Positions 1-15,400 of a stretch of 64,000 nucleotides of DNA are shown here, piece after piece. The stretch is from Bugula neritina (Eukaryota > Animalia > Bryozoa). The stretch covers positions 62,001 to 126,000 of the forward strand of contig CAXIUT010000230.1 of the NCBI GenBank assembly GCA_964035545.1, read 5' to 3'. The first letter of the stretch is position 1, and every line of letters begins with the position of its first letter. The translations under genes and the position numbers were made by a program. Below the pieces are notes generated by a model, which did no database searches, was not told the DNA's origin, and was given only the letters and a program-made list of their open reading frames with translations.

Positions 1-2190
1 TGAAAAATACTGCAACATACTGAAATATACTGCGACACATTGCAATATACTGTAACATACTGAAATATGCTGTAGCACACTGAAACACACTGCAACTCAC
101 TGAAATATACTGCAACATACTGAAATACACTGTAACATATTGAAATATACTGCAACATACTGAAATACAGTGCTACATACTGAAATATACTGCAACATAC
201 TGCAACATACTGAAATACACTGTAACATACTGAAATACACTGCAACATACTACAACATATTGAAAGACACTGCAACACATTGAAATATACTGCAACATAC
301 CTAAATATACGGTAATATACAGAAATATACTGTAACACATTGAAAAACACTGCAACATACTGAAATACACTGCAACACACTGAAATACACCGCAAAATAC
401 TACAATATACTGAAATGCACTGTAACATATTGAAATACACTGCAACACATTGAAATATACTGCAATGTGCCGAAATATATGGTAAACTACAGAAATATAC
501 TGACACACATCGCAATATACTGTAACATACTGAAATATGCTGTAGCACACTGAAATACACTGCAACTCACTGAAATATACTGCAACATACTGAAATACCC
601 TGTAACATATTGAAATATACTGCAACATACTGCAACATACTGAAATACATTGCAACACACTGAAATACACTGCAAAACACTGTAACACACTGAAATATAC
701 TGCAATGTACCGAAATATATGGTGAACTACTGAAATATACTGTCACACATTGAAAAATACTGCAACATACTGAAATATACTGCGACACATTGCAATATAC
801 TGTAACATACTGACATATGCTGTAGCACACTGAAATACACTGCAACTCACTGAAATATACTGCAACATACTGAAATACACTTCAACACATTGAAATATAC
901 TGCAACATACTGCAACATAGTGAAATACACTGTAACATACTGAAATACACTGCAACATACTGCAACATACTGAAATACACTGCAACACACTGAAATACAC
1001 TGCAAAATACTGTAACACACTGAAATATACTGCAATACACTGCAACATACCGCAACATACTAAAATATACTGCAACATACTGAAATACACTGCAAAATAC
1101 TGAAATACACTTTAACATACTGAAATATACTGCAACATACTGAAATACACTGCTACATACTGAAATATACTGCAACACACTGCAACATACTGCAACATAC
1201 TAAAATACACTGTAACATATTGAAATACACTGCAACACATTGAAATATACTGCAAAATACTGAAATACACTGCTACATACTGAAATATACTGCGACACAC
1301 TGCAACATACTGCAACATACTAAAATATACTGCAACATACTGAAATACACTGCTAAATACTGAAATACACTGTAACATACTGAAACACACTGCAAAATAC
1401 TACAACATATTGAAATACACTGCAATACATTGAAATATACTGCAACATACCTAAATATACGGTAATATACTGAAATATACTGTAACACATTGAAAAATAC
1501 TACAAAATACTGAAATACACTGCAACATACTACAACATACTGAAATACGCTGTAATACATTGAAATACACTGCAACACCTTGAAATATACTGTAACTCGC
1601 TGAAACATACTGTAACTCACTGAAATATAGTGTAATATATGGAAATGTACTGTAAAATACTGGAATATACTGTAACACACTGAAATATACTGCAACATAC
1701 TGAAATACACTGTAACATACTGAATTATACTGCAACATCCTGCAACATACTGAAATACACTGTAACATACTGAAATACACTGCAACACACTGCAACATAC
1801 TGCATCATACTAAAATATACTGTAACATACTGAAATACACTGCAAAATACTGAAATACACTGTAACACACTGAAATATACTGCAACATACTGCAACATAC
1901 TAAAATATGCTGCAACATACTGAAATACACTGCAAAATACTGAAATACACTATAACATACTGAAATATACTGCAACACACTGCAACATACCGCAACATGC
2001 TAAAATATACTGCAACATACTGAAATACACTGCAAAATACTGAAATACACTGTAACATACTGAAATATACTGCAACATACTGAAATACACTGCTACATAC
2101 TGAAATATACTGCAACACACTGCAACATACTGCAACATACTAAAATACACTGCAACATAATGAAATACACTGCAACACATTGAAATATAC

Positions 2191-2204
2191 TGCATGCAAA
2201 TTAC
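2191..2204. other. Register-shifting 4-bp TGCA duplication (TGCATGCAAA, contains the SphI site GCATGC); first of 18 copies
   Basis: Copies start at 2191, 6075, 9639, 13232, 14986, 18579, 23013, 23967, 26471, 30354, 34688, 37632, 41516, 44980, 48573, 53007, 56481 and 61595. Each shifts the monomer phase by +4. Confidence 0.93.
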
Positions 2205-3784
2205 TGAAATACACTGCTACATACTGAAATTTACTGCAACACACTGCAACATACTGCAACATACTAAAATATACTGCAACATACTGAAATACACTGCAAA
2301 ATACTGAAATACACTGTAACATACTGAAATATACTGCAACACACTGCAACATACTGCAACATACTAAAATACACTGTAACATATTGAAATACACTGCAAC
2401 ACAGTGAAATATACTGCAATGTACCGAAATATATGGTGAACTGCTGAAATATACTGTCACACATTGAAAAATACTGCAACATACTGAAATATACTGTAAC
2501 ATACTGAAATACGCTGTAGCACACTGAAATACACTGCAACTCACTGAAATATACTGCACCCTACTGAAATACACTGTAACATATTGAAAAATACTGCAGC
2601 ATAGTGCAACATACTGAAATACACTGTAACATACTGAAATACACTGCAAAATACTACAACATATTGAAATACACTGCAACACATTGAAATATACTGCAAC
2701 ATACCTAAATATACGGTAAGATACTGAAATAAACTGTAACACATTGAAAAATACTGCAACATACTGAAAGATACTGCAAGATACTGCAACATACTGAACT
2801 ACACTGTAACATAATGAAACACACTGCAACATACTGTATTATACTGACATGCACTGGAACATATTGAAATACACTGCAACAAATTGAAGTATACTGCAAC
2901 ACACTGAAACATACGGCAACATACTGAAATATACTGCAACAGATTGATATATACAGCAACATACTGAAATATACTGCGAAACAATGCAATATACTGTAAC
3001 ATACTGAAATATGCTGTAGCACACTGAAATACACTGCAACTCACTGAAATATCCCGCAACATACTGAAATACACTGTAACATATTGAAATATACTGCAAC
3101 ATACTGCAACATACTGAAATACACTGGAACATATTGAAATACACTGCAACAAATTGAAGTATACTGCAACACACTGAAACACACTGAAATACACCGCAAA
3201 ACACTACAACATACTGAAACATATTGCAACATACTGAAATACACTACTACATACTGAAATATACTGCAACATACTGCACCATACTGAAATACACTGTAAC
3301 ATACTAGAATACACTGCAACATACTACAACATATTGAAATACACTGCAACACATTGAAATATACTGCAACATACCTAAATATACGTTAATATACTGAAAT
3401 ATACTGTAACACATTGAAAAACACTGCAACATACTGAAATACACTGCAACACACTAAAATACACCGCCAAATACTACAACATACTGAAATGCACTGTAAC
3501 ATATTGAAATACACTGCAACACATTGAAATATACTGTAACATACCTAAATATACGGTAATATACCAAAATATACTGTAACACATTTGAAAATACTGCAAC
3601 ATACTGAAATACACTGCAACACACTGAAATACACTGCAAAATACTGTAACACACTGAAATATGCTGCAATACACTGCAACATACTGCAACATACTAAAAT
3701 ATACTGCAACATACTGAAATACACTGCAAAATACTGAAATACACTTTAACATACTGAAATATACTGCAACATACTGAAATACAC

Positions 3785-4085
3785 TGCTACATACTGAAAT
3801 ATACTGCAACACACTGCAACATTGTGCAACATACTAAAATACACTGTAACATATTGAAATACACTGCAACACATTGAAATATACTGCAAAATACTGAAAT
3901 ACACTGCTACATACTGAAATATACTGCGACACACTGCAACATACTGCAACATACTAAAATATTCTGCAACATACTGAAATACACTGTAACATACTGAAAT
4001 ATACTGCAACATACTGAAATACATTGCTACATACTGAAATATACTGCAACACACTGCAACATACTGCAACATACTAAAATATACT
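3785..4085. repeat. 120-bp (12-monomer) sub-repeat, example trimer
   Basis: TGCTACATAC TGAAATATAC TGCRACACAC TGCAACATAC-like TGCAACATAC TAAAATA recurs at 3785, 3905 and 4025, and also at 1151/1271, 4715/4835 and 2091/2215 (124 bp because of the TGCA insertion). Confidence 0.82.
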
Positions 4086-7000
4086 GCAACATACTGAAAT
4101 ATACTGCAACATACTAAAATACACTGTAACATATTGAAATACACTGCAACACATTGAAATATACTGCAATGTACCGAAATATATGGTAAACTACTGAAAT
4201 ATACTGTCACACATTGAAAAATACTGCAACATACTGAAATATACTGCGACACATTGCAATATACTGTAACATACTGAAATATGCTGTAGCACACTGAAAT
4301 ACACTGCAACTCACTGAAATATACTGCAACATACTGAAATACACTTCAACACATTGAAATATACTGCAACATACTGAAATACAGTGCTACATACTAAAAT
4401 ATACTGCAACATACTGCAACATAGTGAAATACACTGTAACATACTGAAATACACTGCAACATACTACAACATACTGAAATACACTGCAACACATTGAAAT
4501 ATACTGTAACATACCTAAATATACGGTAATATACCAAAATATACTGTAACACATTTAAAAAAACTGCAACATACTGAAATACACTGCAACACACTGAAAT
4601 ACACTGCAAAATACTGTAACACACTGAAATATACTGCAATATACTGAAATACACTGCAAAATACTGAAATACACTTCAACATACTGAAATTTACTGCAAC
4701 ATACTGAAATACACTGCTACATACTGAAATATACTGCAACACACTGCAACATACTGCAACATACTAAAATACACTGTAACATATTGAAATACATTGCAAC
4801 ACATTGAAATATACTGCAAAATACTGAAATACACTGCTACATACTGAAATATACTGCGACACACTGCAACACACTGAAATACACTGCAAAATACTGTAAC
4901 ACACTGAAATATACTGCAATACACTGCAACATACCGCAACATACTAAAATATACTGCAACATACTGAAATACACTGCAAAATACTGAAATACACTTTAAC
5001 ATACTGAAATATACTGCAACATACTGAAATACACTGCTACATACTGAAATATACTGCAACACACTGCAACATACTGCAACATACTAAAATACACTGTAAC
5101 ATATTGAAATACACTGCAACACATTGAAATATACTGCAAAATACTGAAATACACTGCTACATACTGAAATATACTGCGACACACTGCAACATACTGCAAC
5201 ATACTAAAATATACTGCAACATACTGAAATACACTGCTAAATACTGAAATACACTGTAACATACTGAAACACACTGCAAAATACTACAACATATTGAAAT
5301 ACACTGCAATACATTGAAATATACTGCAACATACCTAAATATACGGTAATATACTGAAATATACTGTAACACATTGAAAAATACTACAAAATACTGAAAT
5401 ACACTGCAACATACTACAACATACTGAAATACGCTGTAATACATTGAAATACACTGCAACACCTTGAAATATACTGTAACTCGCTGAAACATACTGTAAC
5501 TCACTGAAATATAGTGTAATATATGGAAATGCACTGTAAAATACTGGAATATACTGTAACACACTGAAATATACTGCAACATACTGAAATACACTGTAAC
5601 ATACTGAATTATACTGCAACATCCTGCAACATACTGAAATACACTGTAACATACTGAAATACACTGCAACACACTGCAACATACTGCAACATACTAAAAT
5701 ATACTGCAACATACTGAAATACACTGCAAAATACTGAAATACACTGTAACACACTGAAATATACTGCAACATACTGCAACATACTAAAATATGCTGCAAC
5801 ATACTGAAATACACTGCAAAATACTGAAATACACTATAACATACTGAAATATACTGCAACACACTGCAACATACCGCAACATGCTAAAATATACTGCAAC
5901 ATACTGAAATACACTGCAAAATACTGAAATACACTGTAACATACTGAAATATACTGCAACATACTGAAATACACTGCTACATACTGAAATATACTGCAAC
6001 ACACTGCAACATACTGCAACATACTAAAATACACTGCAAAATAATGAAATACACTGCAACACATTGAAATATACTGCATGCAAATTACTGAAATACACTG
6101 CTACATACTGAAATATACTGCAACACACTGCAACATACTGCAACATACTAAAATATACTGCAACATACTGAAATACACTGCAAAATACTGAAATACACTG
6201 TAACATACTGAAATATACTGCAACACACTGCAACATACTGCAACATACTAAAATACACTGTAACATATTGAAATACACTGCAACACAGTGAAATATACTG
6301 CAATGTACCGAAATATATGGTGAACTGCTGAAATATACTGTCACACATTGAAAAATACTGCAACATACTGAAATATACTGTAACATACTGAAATACGCTG
6401 TAGCACACTGAAATACACTGCAACTCACTGAAATATACTGCACCCTACTGAAATACACTATAACATATTGAAAAATACTGCAGCATAGTGCAACATACTG
6501 AAATACACTGTAACATACTGAAATACACTGCAAAATACTACAACATATTGAAATACACTGCAACACATTGAAATATACTGCAACATTCCTAAATATACGG
6601 TAAGATACTGAAATAAACTGTAACACATTGAAAAATACTGCAACATACTGAAAGATACTGCAAGATACTGCAACATACTGAACTACACTGTAACATAATG
6701 AAACACACTGCAACATACTGTATTATACTGACATGCACTGGAACATATTGAAATACACTGCAACAAATTGAAGTATACTGCAACACACTGAAACATACGG
6801 CAACATACTGAAATATACTGCAACAGATTGATATATACAGCAACATACTGAAATATACTGCGAAACAATGCAATATACTGTAACATACTGAAATATGCTG
6901 TAGCACACTGAAATACACTGCAACTCACTGAAATATCCCGCAACATACTGAAATACACTGTAACATATTGAAATATACTGCAACATACTGCAACATACTG

Positions 7001-9450
7001 AAATACACTGGAACATATTGAAATACACTGCAACAAATTGAAGTATACTGCAACACACTGAAACACACTGAAATACACCGCAAAACACTACAACATACTG
7101 AAACATATTGCAACATACTGAAATACACTACTACATACTGAAATATACTGCAACATACTGCACCATACTGAAATACACTGTAACATACTAGAATACACTG
7201 CAACATACTACAACATATTGAAATACACTGCAACACATTGAAATATACTGCAACATACCTAAATATACGTTAATATACTGAAATATACTGTAACACATTG
7301 AAAAACACTGCAACATACTGAAATACACTGCAACACACTAAAATACACCGCCAAATACTACAACATACTGAAATGCACTGTAACATATTGAAATACACTG
7401 CAACACATTGAAATATACTGTAACATACCTAAATATACGGTAATATACCAAAATATACTGTAACACATTTGAAAATACTGCAACATACTGAAATACACTG
7501 CAACACACTGAAATACACTGCAAAATACTGTAACACACTGAAATATGCTGCAATACACTGCAACATACTGCAACATACTAAAATATACTGCAACATACTG
7601 AAATACACTGCAAAATACTGAAATACACTTTAACATACTGAAATATACTGCAACATACTGAAATACACTGCTACATACTGAAATATACTGCAACACACTG
7701 CAACATTGTGCAACATACTAAAATACACTGTAACATATTGAAATACACTGCAACACATTGAAATATACTGCAAAATACTGAAATACACTGCTACATACTG
7801 AAATATACTGCGACACACTGCAACATACTGCAACATACTAAAATATTCTGCAACATACTGAAATACACTGTAACATACTGAAATATACTGCAACATACTG
7901 AAATACATTGCTACATACTGAAATATACTGCAACACACTGCAACATACTGCAACATACTAAAATATACTGCAACATACTGAAATATACTGCAACATACTA
8001 AAATACACTGTAACATATTGAAATACACTGCAACACATTGAAATATACTGCAATGTACCGAAATATATGGTAAACTACTGAAATATACTGTCACACATTG
8101 AAAAATACTGCAACATACTGAAATATACTGCGACACATTGCAATATACTGTAACATACTGAAATATGCTGTAGCACACTGAAATACACTGCAACTCACTG
8201 AAATATACTGCAACATACTGAAATACACTTCAACACATTGAAATATACTGCAACATACTGAAATACAGTGCTACATACTAAAATATACTGCAACATACTG
8301 CAACATAGTGAAATACACTGTAACATACTGAAATACACTGCAACATACTACAACATACTGAAATACACTGCAACACATTGAAATATACTGTAACATACCT
8401 AAATATACGGTAATATACCAAAATATACTGTAACACATTAAAAAAAACTGCAACATACTGAAATACACTGCAACACACTGAAATACACTGCAAAATACTG
8501 TAACACACTGAAATATACTGCAATATACTGAAATACACTGCAAAATACTGAAATACACTTCAACATACTGAAATTTACTGCAACATACTGAAATACACTG
8601 CTACATACTGAAATATACTGCAACACACTGCAACATACTGCAACATACTAAAATACACTGTAACATATTGAAATACATTGCAACACATTGAAATATACTG
8701 CAAAATACTGAAATACACTGCTACATACTGAAATATACTGCGACACACTGCAACATACTGCAACATACTAAAATATACTGCAACATATTGAAATACACTG
8801 CTAAATACTGAAATACACCGTAACATACTGAAATACACTGCAAAATACTACAACATATTGAAATACACTGCAATACATTGAAATATACTGCAACATACCT
8901 AAATATACGGTAATATACTGAAATATACTGTAACACATTGAAAAATACTACAAAATACTGAAATACACTACAACATACTACAACATACTGAAATACGCTG
9001 TAATACATTGAAATACACTGCAACACATTGAAATACACTGTAACGCGCTGAAACATACTGTAACTCACTGAAATATAGTGTAATGTACGGAAATGTACTG
9101 TAAAATACTGGAATATACTGTAACATACTGAAATATACTGCAACATACTGAAATACACTGTAACATACTGAATTATACTGCAACATCCTGCAACATACTG
9201 AAATACACTGTAACATACTGAAATACACTGCAACACACTGCAACATACTGCAACATACTAAAATATACTGCAACATACTGAAATACACTGCAAAATACTG
9301 AAATACACTGTAACACACTGAAATATACTGCAACATACTGCAACATACTAAAATATGCTGCAACATACTGAAATACACTGCAAAATACAGAAATACACTA
9401 TAACATACTGAAATATACTGCAACACACTGCAACATACCGCAACATGGTA

Positions 9451-12400
9451 AAATATACTGCAACATACTGAAATACACTGCAAAATACTGAAATACACTG
9501 TAACATTCTGAAATATACTGCAACATACTGAAATACACTGCTACATACTGAAATATACTGCAACACACTGCAACATACTGCAACATACTAAAATACACTG
9601 TAACATAATGAAATACACTGCAACACATTGAAATATACTGCATGCAAAATACTGAAATACACTGCTACATACTGAAATATACTGCAACACACTGCAACAT
9701 ACTGCAACATACTAAAATATACTGCAACATACTGAAATACACTGCAAAATACTGAAATACACTGTAACATACTGAAATATACTGCAACACACTGCAACAT
9801 ACTGCAACATACTAAAATACACTGTAACATATTGAAATACACTGCAACACAGTGAAATATACTGCAATGTACCGAAATATATGGTGAACTGCTGAAATAT
9901 ACTGTCACACATTGAAAAATACTGCAACATACTGAAATATACTGCGACACATTGCAATATACTGTAACATACTGAAATATGCTGTAGCACACTGAAACAC
10001 ACTGCAACTCACTGAAATATACTGCAACATACTGAAATACACTGTAACATATTGAAATATACTGCAACATACTGAAATACAGTGCTACATACTGAAATAT
10101 ACTGCAACATACTGCAACATACTGAAATACACTGTAACATACTGAAATACACTGCAACATACTACAACATATTGAAAGACACTGCAACACATTGAAATAT
10201 ACTGCAACATACTTAAATATACGGTAATATACAGAAATATACTGTAACACATTGAAAAACACTGCAACATACTGAAATACACTGCAACACACTGAAATAC
10301 ACCGCAAAATACTACAACATACTGAAATGCACTGTAACATATTGAAATACACTGCAACACATTGAAATATACTGCAATGTGCCGAAATATATGGTAAACT
10401 ACAGAAATATACTGACACACATCGCAATATACTGTAACATACTGAAATATGCTGTAGCACACTGAAATACACTGCAACTCACCTAAATATACTGCAACAT
10501 ACTGAAATACACTGTAACATATTGAAATATACTGCAACATACTGCAACATACTGAAATACATTGCAACACACTGAAATACACTGCAAAACACTGTAACAC
10601 ACTGAAATATACTGCAATGTACCGAAATATATGGTGAACTACTGAAATATACTGTCACACATTGAAAAATACTGCAACATACTGAAATATACTGCGACAC
10701 ATTGCAATATACTGTAACATACTGACATATGCTGTAGCACACTGAAATACACTGCAACTCACTGAAATATACTGCAACACACTGCAACATACTGCAACAT
10801 ACTAAAATATACTGCAACATACTGAAATACACTGCAAAATACTGAAATACACTGTAACATACCGAAATATACTGCAACACACTGCAACATACTGCAACAT
10901 ACTAAAATACACTGTAACATATTGAAATACACTGCAACACAGTGAAATATACTGCAATGTACCGAAATATATGGTGAACTGCTGAAATATACTGTCACAC
11001 ATTGAAAAATACTGCAACATACTGAAATATACTGCGACACATTGCAATATACTGTAACATACTGAAATATGCTGTAGCACACTGAAACACACTGCAACTC
11101 ACTGAAATATACTGCAACATACTGAAATACACTGTAACATATTGAAATATACTGCAACATACTGAAATACAGTGCTACATACTGAAATATACTGCAACAT
11201 ACTGCAACATACTGAAATACACTGTAACATACTGAAATACACTGCAACATACTACAACATATTGAAAGACACTGCAACACATTGAAATATACTGCAACAT
11301 ACCTAAATATACGGTAATATACAGAAATATACTGTAACACATTGAAAAACACTGCAACATACTGAAATACACTGCAACACACTGAAATACACCGCAAAAT
11401 ACTACAACATACTGAAATGCACTGTAACATATTGAAATACACTGCAACACATTGAAATATACTGCAATGTGCCGAAATATATGGTAAACTACAGAAATAT
11501 ACTGACACACATCGCAATATACTGTAACATACTGAAATATGCTGTAGCACACTGAAATACACTGCAACTCACTGAAATATACTGCAACATACTGAAATAC
11601 ACTGTAACATATTGAAATATACTGCAACATACTGCAACATACTGAAATACATTGCAACACACTGAAATACACTGCAAAACACTGTAACACACTGAAATAT
11701 ACTGCAATGTACCGAAATATATGGTGAACTACTGAAATATACTGTCACACATTGAAAATACTGCAACATACTGAAATATACTGCGACACATTGCAATATA
11801 CTGTAACATACTGACATATGCTGTAGCACACTGAAATACACTGCAACTCACTGAAATATACTGCAACATACTGAAATACACTTCAACACATTGAAATATA
11901 CTGCAACATACTGAAATACAGTGCTACATACTGAAATATACTGCAACATACTGCAACATAGTGAAATACACTGTAACATACTGAAATACACTGCAACATA
12001 CTGCAACATACTGAAATACACTGCAACACACTGAAATACACTGCAAAATACTGTAACACACTGAAATATACTGCAATACACTGCAACATACCGCAACATA
12101 CTAAAATATACTGCAACATACTGAAATACACTGCAAAATACTGAAATACACTTTAACATACTGAAATATACTGCAACATACTGAAATACACTGCTACATA
12201 CTGAAATATACTGCAACACACTGCAACATACTGCAACATACTAAAATACACTGTAACATATTGAAATACACTGCAACACATTGAAATATACTGCAAAATA
12301 CTGAAACACACTGCTACATACTGAAGTATACTGCGACACACTGCAACATACTGCAACATACTAAAATATACTGCAACATACTGAAATACACTGCTAAATA

Positions 12401-15400
12401 CTGAAATACACTGTAACATACTGAAACACACTGCAAAATACTACAACATATTGAAATACACTGCAATACATTGAAATATACTGCAACATACCTAAATATA
12501 CGGTAATATACTGAAATATACTGTAACACATTGAAAAATACTACAAAATACTGAAATACACTGCAACATACTACAACATACTGAAATACGCTGTAATACA
12601 TTGAAATACACTGCAACACCTTGAAATATACTGTAACTCGCTGAAACATACTGTAACTCACTGAAATATAGTGTAATATATGGAAATGTACTGTAAAATA
12701 CTGGAATATACTGTAACACACTGAAATATACTGCAACATACTGAAATACACTGTAACATACTGAATTATACTGCAACATCCTGCAACATACTGAAATACA
12801 CTGTAACATACTGAAATACACTGCAACACACTGCAACATACTGCAACATACTAAAATATACTGCAACATACTGAAATACACTGCAAAATACTGAAATACA
12901 CTGTAACACACTGAAATATACTGCAACATACTGCAACATACTAAAATATGCTGCAACATACTGAAATACACTGCAAAATACTGAAATACACTATAACATA
13001 CTGAAATATACTGCAATACACTGCAACATACCGCAACATGCTAAAATATACTGCAACATACTGAAATACACCGCAAAATACTGAAATACACTGTAACATA
13101 CTGAAATATACTGCAACATACTGAAATACACTGCTACATACTGAAATATACTGCAACACACTGCAACATACTGCAACATACTAAAATACACTGCAACATA
13201 ATGAAATACACTGCAACACATTGAAATATACTGCATGCAAAATACTGAAATACACTGCTACATACTGAAATATACTGCAACACACTGCAACATACTGCAA
13301 CATACTAAAATATACTGCAACATACTGAAATACACTGCAAAATACTGAAATACACTGTAACATACTGAAATATACTGCAACACACTGCAACATACTGCAA
13401 CACACTAAAATACACTGTAACATATTGAAATACACTGCAACACAGTGAAATATACTGCAATGTACCGAAATATATGGTGAACTGCTGAAATATACTGTCA
13501 CACATTGAAAAATACTGCAACATACTGAAGTATACTGTAACATACTGAAATACGCTGTAGCACACTGAAATACACTGCAACTCACTGAAATATACTGCAA
13601 CATACTGAAATACACTGTAACATATTGAAAAATACTGCAGCATAGTGCAACATACTGAAATACACTGTAACATACTGAAATACACTGCAAAATACTACAA
13701 CATATTGAAATACACTGCAACACATTGAAATATACTGCAACATACCTAAATATACGGTAAGATACTGAAATAAACTGTAACACATTGAAAAATACTGCAA
13801 CATACTGAAAGATACTGCAAGATACTGCAACATACTGAACTACACTGTAACATAATGAAACACACTGCAACATACTGTATTATACTGACATGCACTGGAA
13901 CATATTGAAATACACTGCAACAAATTGAAGTATACTGCAACACACTGAAACATACGGCAACATACTGAAATATACTGCAACAGATTGATATATACAGCAA
14001 CATACTGAAATATACTGCGAAACAATGCAATATACTGTAACATACTGAAATATGCTGTAGCACACTGAAATACACTGCAACTCACTGAAATATCCCGCAA
14101 CATCCTGAAATACACTGTAACATATTGAAATATACTGCAACATACTGCAACATACTGAAATACACTGGAACATATTGAAATACACTGCAACAAATTGAAG
14201 TATACTGCAACACACTGAAACACACTGAAATACACCGCAAAACACTACAACATACTGAAACATATTGCAACATACTGAAATACACTACTACATACTGAAA
14301 TATACTGCAACATACTGCACCATACTGAAATACACTGTAACATACTAGAATACACTGCAACATACTACAACATATTGAAATACACTGCAACACATTGAAA
14401 TATACTGCAACATACCTAAATATACGTTAATATACTGAAATATACTGTAACACATTGAAAAACACTGCAACATACTGAAATACACTGCAACACACTAAAA
14501 TACACCGCCAAATACTACAACATACTGAAATGCACTGTAACATATTGAAATACACTGCAACACATTGAAATATACTGTAACATACCTAAATATACGGTAA
14601 TATACCAAAATATACTGTAACACATTTAAAAATACTGCAACATACTGAAATACACTGCAACACACTGAAATACACTGCAAAATACTGTAACACACTGAAA
14701 TATACTGCAATACACTGCAACATACTGCAACATACTAAAATATACTGCAACATACTGAAATACACTGCAAAATACTGAAATACACTTTAACATACTGAAA
14801 TATACTGCAACATACTGAAATACACTGCAAAATACTGAAATACACTGTAACATTCTGAAATATACTGCAACATACTGAAATACACTGCTACATACTGAAA
14901 TATACTGCAACACACTGCAACATACTGCAACATACTAAAATACACTGTAACATAATGAAATACACTGCAACACATTGAAATATACTGCATGCAAAATACT
15001 GAAATACACTGCTACATACTGAAATATACTGCAACACACTGCAACATACTGCAACATACTAAAATATACTGCAACATACTGAAATACACTGCAAAATACT
15101 GAAATACACTGTAACATACTGAAATATACTGCAACACACTGCAACATACTGCAACATACTAAAATACACTGTAACATATTGAAATACACTGCAACACAGT
15201 GAAATATACTGCAATGTACCGAAATATATGGTGAACTGCTGAAATATACTGTCACACATTGAAAAATACTGCAACATACTGAAATATACTGCGACACATT
15301 GCAATATACTGTAACATACTGAAATATGCTGTAGCACACTGAAACACACTGCAACTCACTGAAATATACTGCAACATACTGAAATACACTGTAACATATT

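Larger units (their letters stand above)
981..8750. repeat. Two tandem copies of a 3884-bp higher-order repeat (~981-4864 and ~4865-8750)
   Basis: Diagnostic variants and artefact ORFs recur at +3884: 1112/4996, 2140/6024, 2705/6589, 3746/7630, and TGCATGCAAATTAC at 2191/6075. Confidence 0.93.

Noticed and set aside
298-314. CENP-B box or CArG box identity for the TACC-N9-GGTA element
   Set aside because: It lacks the CENP-B core (TTCG....A..CGGG), and its CC-GG spacer is 9 bp rather than the 6 A/T of a CArG box. Only the 17-bp length coincides.
2191-2198. TGCA duplication as a transposon target-site duplication or excision footprint
   Set aside because: No element or terminal repeats are present, and all 18 copies descend from one event in an identical context. 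Simple slippage explains it equally well, so a mobile element cannot be supported.
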